Positions 46,004-54,824 of a stretch of 64,000 nucleotides of DNA are shown here, piece by piece. A program made the translations under genes and the position numbers. Each line of letters starts with the position of its first letter. Within the stretch, counting starts at the first letter, position 1. The notes under the pieces were generated by a model. That model did not search any database and had not been told where the DNA came from. It saw only the letters and a list, made by a program, of their open reading frames with translations. Source of the stretch: a virus (taxonomy: Duplodnaviria; Caudoviricetes); the IMG/VR virus record IMGVR_UViG_642918914_000001, positions 32,001-96,000 of that record. The stretch is one strand, 5' to 3'.

Positions 46004-47554
46004 ATGGCCATTGGCACCCGCAAGAAGCGCGTGTTGGCAGCTAAGGACTTCAGCGGTCCGGGCTCCACCACCCACTTCCCCAACGATGAGAAGATGGCGG
46101 ACGTCAAGTCCGACGTCGAAGTCAAGAACAACCAGGATCCGCAGGACCTGCTGATCGATCCGGATGACGAGTCGGGTTCGACTCACTTCCGCAACGAGGA
46201 GAAGCTCAACGACAAGTCGAAGGGCAATCCCGCAACCGCCAAGGCCGTCAAGACCACGGCTGCCGAGGTGGACGTGGAACACGACGAAGCCGAAGGCTAC
46301 ACGCAAGACCTGTCGGCGCTGGACGAAGGTCTGCCGAAGAAGGGCGATGAAGCCGATCTGAAGGCAAGCACCAAGACCACCGCCGCCGAAGACTGCGACG
46401 ACAAGGGTCCGCAAGCTACCACGCACAGCCCGAACGGTGACGACGTGGCCGAGCCGGCGGAAGGCTACCTGACGAACGCTGAACTCGAAGACCTGGACGA
46501 AGAGTTCGAGGACGAAGAGGAAGTGGACGCAGACGCACTGGCCGACGACGCGGGCCAGAACCCGCAGCAATCGCTGCTGGACGTGACCGACGAGCTGGAA
46601 GAAGTCGACGCCGAGATGGAAATGGGTGACGACGAGCACGAGTTCACGGACGACGTGGAAGAAGACGACATCGCGGAAGCGGACGTCGACAGCATGCCGA
46701 TCCTGGACGTGGACGACGCCGACGATGACGGCGACGACGTGGTGTTCGCCAGCGTCGGCAATCGCCTGCACGTGATCAAGGGCAACCGCATCGTCGCTTC
46801 GATGGGCAAGAAGCTGGCAGCCAAGGCCAGTGTCGAGGACCTGTACCTGAGCGAGCAATTCCAAGACGCCTCGTACGCCGAGTTCTCGAAGCACGGCCTG
46901 CGCGCTGGTCTCCGCAAGATGGGCTTCGCTCTGGCCACGGTTGACGTGGCGAAGAACGAGCTGATCAACAAGCGCGTGGAAGCCAAGGCCAAGAAGGTGA
47001 CGGCTGCTGTTCGTCGTACGGCGCAAGCGTCGAACGATGCGCTGGGCCAATGCTTGGCGATCGCTGCAGTCGGCATCAACCGTCAGTACTTCAAGGACTC
47101 GCGCAACGAACTGCGCGCTGCTCTCGAAAGCGAACTGGCGGCTGCTGGTGTGCGCGGTGCACGTCAACTGCTGAAGACCGTGTTTGCCAAGCATGGCGTG
47201 TCCTACGCCAAGGACATCCTGACGCTGGCCAACTCGCTGGTCACCAAGCCGGAAGAAGTGCGCAACGCCTACGCTGAAGCTCTGGACCTGACGTCGGACG
47301 GCGAAGTCGAGGAGCTGGATGACATGGAAGGCGACGAGTTCGGTCAGCCGGCCAATCCGGACTTCATGACGGAAGCCGACCAGGACGAAGACTTCGTGGA
47401 TGAGTTCGAAGAAGAGATCGAAGCCCCGGAAACGGTGCATGCAGCTCTGGCACGACCCATCCATCGTCGTCAGAAGGTTCAGGCTGCCAGCTACTCGTCC
47501 GGCGCACAAGCTGTGCTGGCGGGCACGGCCAAGCTGCCGTTTGCGCAGTTCTAA
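46004..47554 (+). CDS. putative capsid scaffold protein
   Basis: Highly acidic; between protease and capsid genes; many [VT]-x-A-A/E sites; three THF/THS repeats. Confidence 0.7.
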   Translation: MAIGTRKKRVLAAKDFSGPGSTTHFPNDEKMADVKSDVEVKNNQDPQDLLIDPDDESGSTHFRNEEKLNDKSKGNPATAKAVKTTAAEVDVEHDEAEGYTQDLSALDEGLPKKGDEADLKASTKTTAAEDCDDKGPQATTHSPNGDDVAEPAEGYLTNAELEDLDEEFEDEEEVDADALADDAGQNPQQSLLDVTDELEEVDAEMEMGDDEHEFTDDVEEDDIAEADVDSMPILDVDDADDDGDDVVFASVGNRLHVIKGNRIVASMGKKLAAKASVEDLYLSEQFQDASYAEFSKHGLRAGLRKMGFALATVDVAKNELINKRVEAKAKKVTAAVRRTAQASNDALGQCLAIAAVGINRQYFKDSRNELRAALESELAAAGVRGARQLLKTVFAKHGVSYAKDILTLANSLVTKPEEVRNAYAEALDLTSDGEVEELDDMEGDEFGQPANPDFMTEADQDEDFVDEFEEEIEAPETVHAALARPIHRRQKVQAASYSSGAQAVLAGTAKLPFAQF

Positions 47555-47564
47555 ACCCACAACC

Positions 47565-47577
47565 TGCATTTTGATGG
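47565..47577 (+). promoter_or_regulatory. putative late promoter TGCATTTTGATGG
   Basis: Recurrent motif variant. Confidence 0.6.
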
Positions 47578-47637
47578 TGAGGGGCAGCGTCCAGCGGATG
47601 CAGGTCCCCACCAGAATTCTTCCCTTGGAGATTGAAT

Positions 47638-48378
47638 ATGATTTCTCGTCCGCTGACTCGTGTCGTTAACTCGGCCGAAATGAATGTGGCTCCGGGCGCT
47701 GTCATCCTGGCTGAAGGTCAGGCTCTGGTCCGCGCGAACGGCAATCTGCCTGCTGGCGTTCTGCCGGCCACCGGTACTGCAACCGACGTGTTCATGGGCT
47801 TCGCGTTCGCCGGTACCTCGGCTTACCCGTTCCCGGAACAGTACACCAACAAGGTCGAAAGCTTCATCGCTCCGGCCGCTGGCAACACCATCACGCTGAG
47901 CCAGACCCCGATCGCCGGTCAAGTGTTCATCCTGGATACGACCAACGGCACGCCGCTGGTTGCTGGCACCGACTTCACCGTGGCAGGCAACGTCGTCACG
48001 CTGTCGGGTACCAAGTTCAAGGCTGGCGACACGCTGGCTGTGACCTACAAGTACTCCATGACCGTGGTCCAGGCCGCTGCTCTGATGGGCAACACCCAGC
48101 CGGGCGGCTACGCGGGTGCCTACGTCGGTCAGATCGGTGTCGTGACGCGTGGCGTCGTGTACACGTCGGAATTCGACGCATCGGCTTCGTGGGCCACCGC
48201 GACCAAGAACACCGGCGGCGCTCTCGCAGCGACCGACATCGTTCTGGGTGCCAACGGCCAGCTCACGCTGCACGGCACGACCGCTGGCGCCAACGGCGTT
48301 GCGTTCCCGGGCGTCGTGATCGCTGTTCCTGGCGAATCGTACCCGTTCCTGGGTGTCGACTTCTCGGCTGCTGTCTAA
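47638..48378 (+). CDS. putative head decoration/cement protein
   Basis: Ala/Gly/Thr-rich, strong codon bias, directly upstream of the capsid gene. Confidence 0.6.
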   Translation: MISRPLTRVVNSAEMNVAPGAVILAEGQALVRANGNLPAGVLPATGTATDVFMGFAFAGTSAYPFPEQYTNKVESFIAPAAGNTITLSQTPIAGQVFILDTTNGTPLVAGTDFTVAGNVVTLSGTKFKAGDTLAVTYKYSMTVVQAAALMGNTQPGGYAGAYVGQIGVVTRGVVYTSEFDASASWATATKNTGGALAATDIVLGANGQLTLHGTTAGANGVAFPGVVIAVPGESYPFLGVDFSAAV

Positions 48379-48411
48379 TAGACCGGCCTCAACAAACATC
48401 TGGAGCTAAAC

Positions 48412-49500
48412 ATGGTTCGTCAAAAGGTTAAGATTGCTGCTTCCAAGAAGCCGGTGGTTGCCGCAACCGAGTACAAGTTCGGCGGCTCGAATGAGCGCGC
48501 TGTGGGCGCCAACGGTGAACTGAACGCGAGCAACAAGCGCGATCTGATCAACCGCCAAATCCAATTCATCCAGGCCGCCTCGCGTGGCGAACTGGCTGCT
48601 GACGGTCAAGTGCTGAAGGCCGAAGCCGCCGCGCAAACCTCGAAAGAACTGGTGCAAGCTGCGTTCAACGACAGCGAAGCGCACCGCGTTCTGGGTGAGC
48701 GCATGGCCGACAGCCTGTACCAGACCTGCAACCGTCAGGGCTTCGCTCGTAAGTACCTGACCAAGATCACGGTCGAACAAGGCAGCATTCCGCGCTTCCC
48801 GGTCCGTCTGAAGAACGTGGTCGCCGCGTACTCGACGTCGCCGACGCAGATCCAGTCGCAAATCACGCTGGACAAGTGGCTGACCCCGCCCGAGCTGCAA
48901 CTGGTGGCTCGTCCGTTCATTCCCCTGAACGACCTGAACCAGTCGGCCGGCGACGTGCTGCAAGAGAAGTACGTGGAAGCCACCGAAGCCATCATGGTGT
49001 CGGAAGACCGCCTGTGGTACAACCTGGTGAACTCGATGGTGGGTGTCGACAACCCGCTGTCCATCATCAGCGGCTCGCTCACGCCGTACTCGTTCATGCA
49101 AGTGCAACAGAACGTGACGCGCTGGGGCCTGAAGGCACCGCACGTGCTGATCGCCAGCGATCTGTACGTCGACATCGTCGGCAACAGCGACTTCTACTTG
49201 GCCATCGACCCGGTCGCTCGCCACGAACTGCTGCTGACCGGTGAAATCGGCGTGATGTACGGCTGCACGATCACCTCGGACGCCTACCGCTTCCCGGAAC
49301 ACAAGGTGCTGAACCGCGGCGAATTCTTCGTCGTGGCCGACGCCCTGAACCATGGCGCGTACTCGGATCGCGGCGGTCTGCAATCGCAGCCGACCGACAT
49401 CACCGTGGAACGTGTGCCGGGCCGTGGCTGGGTGATGTACGAATCGCTCGCCATGTCGGTTGCCAACAGCACCTCGGTGGCGAAGGGTCTCCGCATCTAA
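48412..49500 (+). CDS. major capsid protein
   Basis: 362 aa, very strong codon bias, HK97-fold-like pattern (EAIMVSEDR, GEIGVMYGCTI, GWVMYE); position after scaffold. Confidence 0.8.
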   Translation: MVRQKVKIAASKKPVVAATEYKFGGSNERAVGANGELNASNKRDLINRQIQFIQAASRGELAADGQVLKAEAAAQTSKELVQAAFNDSEAHRVLGERMADSLYQTCNRQGFARKYLTKITVEQGSIPRFPVRLKNVVAAYSTSPTQIQSQITLDKWLTPPELQLVARPFIPLNDLNQSAGDVLQEKYVEATEAIMVSEDRLWYNLVNSMVGVDNPLSIISGSLTPYSFMQVQQNVTRWGLKAPHVLIASDLYVDIVGNSDFYLAIDPVARHELLLTGEIGVMYGCTITSDAYRFPEHKVLNRGEFFVVADALNHGAYSDRGGLQSQPTDITVERVPGRGWVMYESLAMSVANSTSVAKGLRI

Positions 49501-49507
49501 GGACCTC

Positions 49508-49534
49508 GGAGGTGACGGCAAATCTGTCACCTCC
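49508..49534 (+). terminator. hairpin after capsid gene (no T-tract; attenuator or stabiliser)
   Basis: GGAGGTGACGG/CTGTCACCTCC. Confidence 0.5.
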
Positions 49535-49558
49535 TCAACCTGACAACTGGAGATCGAG

Positions 49559-50047
49559 ATGAAGTACAACCGAGCATTGGATTTTCTGATGACGGCTGCC
49601 GTCAAGTATGCGCAAGGCAAGCCGGAGCTGGCTGCCAAGTGCATGCACAAGGCCAGCCTCGAGCCGAGCTTCGCTCACGCCATTCGCATCCTCGAAGCGT
49701 CCAACGCCCAAGCCTATCAGGCGCAGGTGACGGCCAACGCTGAAGCCAAGGCCAAGGTGGAAGCCGAAGCCAAGGAAGACGAGGAACTCGAAGGGCTGGT
49801 GGGCGACGCCGACGACATGGAAGACGAGGAAGAGGCCGAAGAGGAAGTGGAAGCTGCCTCCGAGCCTGAAGGTGAACCGGGCGAAGTCGAAGACGAAGCC
49901 CTGGAAATCGAGGAAGCTGAAGAAGCTCCCCACGAGAAGTTCGCCAAGCTCCTGGCATCCATGAAGAAGCCGGCGAAAGCCACGGCTGCTGCAACCCCGG
50001 CTGTCGCCAAGAAGCCGGTGGCCGCTGCCAAGCGCGCTGCGAAGTAA
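49559..50047 (+). CDS. acidic/Ala-Lys-rich head-associated protein
   Basis: GGAG RBS; QVTANA, KVEAEA, EVEAAS sites; basic tail. Confidence 0.7.
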   Translation: MKYNRALDFLMTAAVKYAQGKPELAAKCMHKASLEPSFAHAIRILEASNAQAYQAQVTANAEAKAKVEAEAKEDEELEGLVGDADDMEDEEEAEEEVEAASEPEGEPGEVEDEALEIEEAEEAPHEKFAKLLASMKKPAKATAAATPAVAKKPVAAAKRAAK

Positions 50048-50093
50048 TTCCCTGTCTCTAGAGACGGAGAAAGTCGGACCCCTTGGGTCCCCG

Positions 50094-50128
50094 GGCCCGG
50101 ACCTTTAACAAGGCTTCCGGGCCTTTTT
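50094..50128 (+). terminator. intrinsic terminator
   Basis: GGCCCGGA/TCCGGGCC + TTTTT. Confidence 0.7.
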
Positions 50129-50142
50129 CATTTGGTGGGTCT

Positions 50143-50808
50143 ATGACCACGACGATTCAACCAATTGACTCATTCGTCTTCGCTGGGTTTCAGCAACGCT
50201 TCCAGCAAGTCTTCAATTGCCCTTGCCTGTTCATCAACCAGAACGACCGCACCAAGGTCATTGACCGGATCTTCGGACAAGGCAATCCGATCGAGTACCC
50301 ATACGCCTACTTCGTGATTCAGCGACTGTCTGCCAACAACGACAGCTACAATCCTCACCAGATGGGGCGTCGCGGGATCACCTTGAATGTGGACAGCGAA
50401 CAGACGATTCAGACTGTGCGCGTGCTGCCTACCACTTTCGAAGTGGAGGTCAACTACATCACCAACAAGATGGAGAGCACGGCGCAGGGATCGGTCATCG
50501 CGTTTGCACGGCGTTGGCTGCTCGCGCGGCGTTTCGGCTACCTGAAGTTCAGCATCAACTACGGCAATCTCCAGTTCGGTGTGGGAACCACTCTGCCTGA
50601 GGAGGTGCCTATTCCGCAGCGTGAGAACATCACTGAGACCGAAACCAAGTACGACGTGGTGACCACGATTGCAGTGCACGGTTACGTGAGTGAGCCGATG
50701 TTGGGACGTCAGGGCAAGGTCAACAAGGTGAACCTCAATCAGGGCATCCAGCTGCCGAAAGGACAGGTGGTCAGTACTCAGACCTTCACGTGGAACAAGC
50801 CTCAATAG
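50143..50808 (+). CDS. putative tail completion/terminator protein
   Basis: Size and position upstream of the sheath gene. Confidence 0.5.
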   Translation: MTTTIQPIDSFVFAGFQQRFQQVFNCPCLFINQNDRTKVIDRIFGQGNPIEYPYAYFVIQRLSANNDSYNPHQMGRRGITLNVDSEQTIQTVRVLPTTFEVEVNYITNKMESTAQGSVIAFARRWLLARRFGYLKFSINYGNLQFGVGTTLPEEVPIPQRENITETETKYDVVTTIAVHGYVSEPMLGRQGKVNKVNLNQGIQLPKGQVVSTQTFTWNKPQ

Positions 50809-50818
50809 CAACCAGCGT

Positions 50819-50829
50819 GAATTTGATAG
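50819..50829 (+). promoter_or_regulatory. putative late promoter GAATTTGATAG
   Basis: Recurrent motif variant. Confidence 0.5.
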
Positions 50830-50855
50830 TAGGAATTCAACTAAAGGAGTCAGCA

Positions 50856-51101
50856 ATGGCCCTCGTACGAAATGTCGGCAAAATGCCTCTGCATGTCGGC
50901 ATCATCCAGGAAGACGGATCGAAGACCACGATCCGAGTCATGCCTAGCATCAGCCGTAGCGTGAGCCTGCCGCCGGGATCGCAAATCGACCCGGTCTGGC
51001 TCGCACTTGAAGGTAAGGACCTCCGCGTATTCGACGATCCGAAACCGGTGACTGCCACAAACGACGCGCCAGACGTTCCGACGGAAACCGACAAGGAGTA
51101 A
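50856..51101 (+). CDS. small hypothetical virion-region protein
   Basis: AAGGAG RBS. Confidence 0.7.
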   Translation: MALVRNVGKMPLHVGIIQEDGSKTTIRVMPSISRSVSLPPGSQIDPVWLALEGKDLRVFDDPKPVTATNDAPDVPTETDKE

Positions 51102-51104
51102 GTT

Positions 51105-53051
51105 ATGGGTACGATTTCCCCGAACCAATCGTCAAAGGTCATCGTCAACGAGATCAACCTCAGTCAGGTGATCGCCGGTGCTAGTACGTCGGTTGCGGCG
51201 CAGGTCATTGTCAGCGCGCAGGGCCCGACGCTGGCTCCGTTCAACAACACGAATCCGGATGCGTATCTGGCGACGGTTGGCAATCCGAACGCGCAAGTGT
51301 CGTTTGACCAGTACACGGCTCTCGACTACTTCAAGGAAGGCAGCAACCTCTGGTCGCTGCGCGTGGTGGGTGCCGGGGCGCTGTATAGCGCGCTGCTCAT
51401 GTACACCGACGGCACGAGCACCTTCCTGCGTCCGATCACGGCAGGCGTCGCTGATCCCACGCAGCCCAACTGGCCTGCGCTGTTGCCTCCAGGTTCGTTC
51501 ACGGCGCTGGCCCTGTTCTACCCGATCAACGGTCAAGGCGGCTACGGCAACAACACGGCGATCTCCATCGCCAGCTCCAACATCGCTTCGCCAACGGATC
51601 TGGCTGCGACCAGCGCGTCGACCGGCGGAACGATGGTGCCAGCCACCTATCAGTATCAGATCAGCGCTGTGTCCAAGTCGGGCGAAGCACTGGTGGCGCC
51701 CGCCGTCAACATCGTGATCGCAGCAGGAACTGTCACCAATAGCGTGACGCTCACGTGGACTGCAGTGCCGGGAGCTACGGCCTACAACATCTACGGCCGG
51801 ACCAGCGGCGCGCTGGGTCTCGTGGCGCAAGTGGGTGCAGGCAGTGGCACGATGACGTTCACCGACACGGGCGCTCCGCTGTCGAACCCCACGCAACAGC
51901 CGATTACCAACCCGGCAAACGTCACGACCAGCCCGTACTTCACGGTCAACGTGTTCAACACGGTGAACAGCTCGATCTACCCGGTCGAAACCTTCACCTG
52001 CACGTTGATGGAGAACACTGGTCCCAACGGACTGGAAACGGAAATCACGCAAGCGATCAACCCGTTCTCGTCGTGGGTACAGGTCACGTCCAACGTGCCG
52101 AACCTGTTGGTGCCTCCCTCGTCTGTGGGCAACGCCAGCGTGCAGAATCTGGCAGGCGGCAACAGCGGTGCGGCGCCTACCAGTCTGCAAGTTGCAGGCG
52201 CATGGGCCAAGTTCAGCAACAAGCAACTGTATCCGATCAACCTGCTGATCAACGGTGGTCACTCGACGCCGGACGTTCAACTGGCGATGGACTCGCTGGC
52301 TCAGCAACGCGGGGACTGCGTGGCACTGCTCGATGTACCGTCGGCCTCGCAGCAGTATCAGCAAGCGATCAACTATCGCAACCTGCAGCTGAACTTGAAC
52401 TCCACGTACTCGGCACTCTTCGCGCCGGATGTGCTGGAAGCCGACACGATCAACGGGAAGCAGCAATACGTCCCGTTCTCGGGCTGGGCCGCTGCACTGT
52501 GCGCACGCACCGATCGCGTCCAGAACCCGGCATGGTCCATCGCCGGTCTGAACCGCGGTCTGGTCAACGTGCTGAAGACGCGCTATGTGTACGACGAAGG
52601 CCAGATGAACCAACTGTTCCAGGCCCAAGTCAACTACACGCAGACGTTCATCGGTCAGGGCATCGCGCTGTGGGAACAGCAAACGATGAGCGCGCAGTTC
52701 TCGGCGCTGTCGTGGCTGTCGGTGCGTCGCATCGTGAACGTGATCAAGGTGTCGCTGTACAAGTTCCTGCTGTACTCGCTGCAGGAGCCGAACGACGACT
52801 TCCTGGGTCGCCAGATCGTGGAGAGCTGCTCGTCGTATCTGCAGAACATCCAGAACGCACGCGGCCTGTCGGCTTACAAGGTTGTGTCGGACTCCACCAA
52901 CAACTCTGCGGACGACTTCAACAGCGGCATCCGCAACGTCACGGTGGTTCTGATTCCGACTATCCCAGTGCACATCATCAATCTGCAAGTGGTGATCAGC
53001 AAGCAGGGCGTGTCGTTCTCGGAAGTGCTGTCGCAGGTGAATCCAGGCTAA
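51105..53051 (+). CDS. tail sheath protein
   Basis: VNEINLS N-terminus; RGDCVALLD, AWSIAGLNRG, WEQQT, LSVRR, QEPND; fibronectin/Ig-like insertion. Confidence 0.92.
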   Translation: MGTISPNQSSKVIVNEINLSQVIAGASTSVAAQVIVSAQGPTLAPFNNTNPDAYLATVGNPNAQVSFDQYTALDYFKEGSNLWSLRVVGAGALYSALLMYTDGTSTFLRPITAGVADPTQPNWPALLPPGSFTALALFYPINGQGGYGNNTAISIASSNIASPTDLAATSASTGGTMVPATYQYQISAVSKSGEALVAPAVNIVIAAGTVTNSVTLTWTAVPGATAYNIYGRTSGALGLVAQVGAGSGTMTFTDTGAPLSNPTQQPITNPANVTTSPYFTVNVFNTVNSSIYPVETFTCTLMENTGPNGLETEITQAINPFSSWVQVTSNVPNLLVPPSSVGNASVQNLAGGNSGAAPTSLQVAGAWAKFSNKQLYPINLLINGGHSTPDVQLAMDSLAQQRGDCVALLDVPSASQQYQQAINYRNLQLNLNSTYSALFAPDVLEADTINGKQQYVPFSGWAAALCARTDRVQNPAWSIAGLNRGLVNVLKTRYVYDEGQMNQLFQAQVNYTQTFIGQGIALWEQQTMSAQFSALSWLSVRRIVNVIKVSLYKFLLYSLQEPNDDFLGRQIVESCSSYLQNIQNARGLSAYKVVSDSTNNSADDFNSGIRNVTVVLIPTIPVHIINLQVVISKQGVSFSEVLSQVNPG

Positions 53052-53100
53052 CGGGTTGGGAGGGTTCGCCCTCCCTGCCTAACGCTTATGGAGATCAAGC

Positions 53101-54132
53101 ATGGCAGATGAAAGTGAAGTGTTCAAGCCGAAGTCCTACGGCGAGCAGAACTGGAAGACCATCGAGAAGCGGCAGGAGATTAAGGAGCCTTCGGAAAGCA
53201 CGAAGCCCGTGGGTACAGGTGGCAAGCAGGGCTCCAATCAGTACCAGACGCAGTCGGCTCACAGTCCTGGGGCTCGTGAGCTGTTGCCGCAGAACGATGC
53301 GCAGTATGCGAGCGATCAGGCCAGCATGCGACCTGAAAGCACAAAGCGCGAATCGTTGTACGACGAGACCGCGGTCAAGTCGGGTCCCAGTCGCTTCCTA
53401 ACCGAAGCGGAGATCCGTGCTCGGGGCGGTCGAGTGTTGGCCGAACAGGCGCTTGAGCAAGCGCTGAAAACGATGGCGTCCAAGGGAGGCGTGTCTGATG
53501 CTACTGGCAATCCAAATGCAAATCTGGATGGGGGTATGGCGGCTAGTGATCCTCAGCCCAATGCTCAGCGCGTTCTCAACGGAAGCCGACTCGGCACCGA
53601 AGACGACAGCCTGACAAAGGATCAGGAGAACTACGGCACTGGATCCAACATGGATCGTGGGGCCGGAACGTCCACACCTCGTCCGTCGCGCAGTGTGTTG
53701 CCTCCGTTGTACGACACGGACACCAGCAGCTCGTATGCGCGCGAGACCAACGTGAACCGCAACACAACGGCCCGCGACCCCGAGCATATCTGGGACGTAT
53801 CGCAGCTGACGACGGGCGCCGTTCACCGGCTGACCGCCACGTCGACCATTGACAACGAGCCTGACGTCGGCGGTGGCATCAACATGACGGGCGAGGAAGG
53901 GTCGCGGCATACGTGTCCTGGCACGATCACCTGCACGGCAGCAGTCCAACGGCTGGCCAAGGACGTGCACGATGGGGACTTCGATCCTGCGGGGCGCGCC
54001 ACCGGCGATCGCATGATCACCAACGATCCCAAGAACACCGGCTATCTGAATGTCCACAGTTCGGAAGTGGATGCAGATGCCGACCCTCGTCTGTGGAACA
54101 TGGCTAATCAGCCCATGGGGCAAGCCGGATAA
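53101..54132 (+). CDS. disordered protein with two internal RL motifs
   Basis: TTGAVHRLTATS and CTAAVQRLAKDV; sits between sheath and tube genes. Confidence 0.75.
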   Translation: MADESEVFKPKSYGEQNWKTIEKRQEIKEPSESTKPVGTGGKQGSNQYQTQSAHSPGARELLPQNDAQYASDQASMRPESTKRESLYDETAVKSGPSRFLTEAEIRARGGRVLAEQALEQALKTMASKGGVSDATGNPNANLDGGMAASDPQPNAQRVLNGSRLGTEDDSLTKDQENYGTGSNMDRGAGTSTPRPSRSVLPPLYDTDTSSSYARETNVNRNTTARDPEHIWDVSQLTTGAVHRLTATSTIDNEPDVGGGINMTGEEGSRHTCPGTITCTAAVQRLAKDVHDGDFDPAGRATGDRMITNDPKNTGYLNVHSSEVDADADPRLWNMANQPMGQAG

Positions 54133-54150
54133 TCAATCAAGGAGTTTATT

Positions 54151-54660
54151 ATGGCACGTACCAGTGTCTATGATGTGACTGCGGTCGGAGATCCGGCGTT
54201 GTCGTGGAACTATGACCTGTTCCTGCCAGCGATCCCGGGCACGGCCGAGACTCGACAGCTCACGTGGCGATGCATGAGCACTGCGCTGCCGGGTTCGGAA
54301 GTGGATCGTGTGGATGTCCAATTGCACGGCGTTCAGCTCGTGTACATGGGCCGCCGCAACTGGAGCCACAGCTTCAACTCGACGTTCCTGGAAGCGATCG
54401 ACTGGGCAACGCGCGATGCGTTCGTCGCCTGGATGGAAGCTGGTCGTTCCTGGGTGCGCAACGCGGGCACCGAGAGCACCACGTACAAGGTCAACGGCCA
54501 GCTCGTGGTGTATGACGACATCCCCAACGTCGTCAAGACTGTTCAGGTCGTGGGCATGTGGCCGCAAGCCATTGCCGACGTGCCGCTGGACGGTTCGCAA
54601 GGTGGCGGTCACGTGTCGCTGGAAATCACGTGGGCGTACGACTACACGATCGACCTGTAA
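54151..54660 (+). CDS. tail tube protein
   Basis: T4 gp19-like pattern: TALPG, YMGR, TFLE, GMWP..I, EITWAYD. Confidence 0.85.
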   Translation: MARTSVYDVTAVGDPALSWNYDLFLPAIPGTAETRQLTWRCMSTALPGSEVDRVDVQLHGVQLVYMGRRNWSHSFNSTFLEAIDWATRDAFVAWMEAGRSWVRNAGTESTTYKVNGQLVVYDDIPNVVKTVQVVGMWPQAIADVPLDGSQGGGHVSLEITWAYDYTIDL

Positions 54661-54673
54661 TACCTGCTTCACC

Positions 54674-54703
54674 AAGGAGAGCTTCGGCTCTCCTTCTTCC
54701 TCT
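54674..54703 (+). terminator. intrinsic terminator
   Basis: AAGGAGAGC-TTCG-GCTCTCCTT + pyrimidine tract. Confidence 0.75.
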
Positions 54704-54713
54704 TCTGCGTTCT

Positions 54714-54820
54714 GCAGACATAGCTTCATTGAAGGTTAGTGCAACGCTGACCGCCTCTCCACATCTTCATCTGCGACTTCCGTAAGAGGTCTTAGATGAT
54801 GCTGTCTACCAAGAGAGGTC
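54714..54820 (+). ncRNA. candidate structured leader RNA
   Basis: Multiple G-U-containing stems; CCTCTC complementary to RBS GAGAGG. Confidence 0.35.
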
Positions 54821-54824
54821 TACA

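Noticed and set aside
51755-53401. 548-aa alternative-frame ORF overlapping the tail sheath gene
   Set aside because: Arg/Ala/Pro-rich off-frame translation typical of GC-rich coding DNA; no independent start signals.
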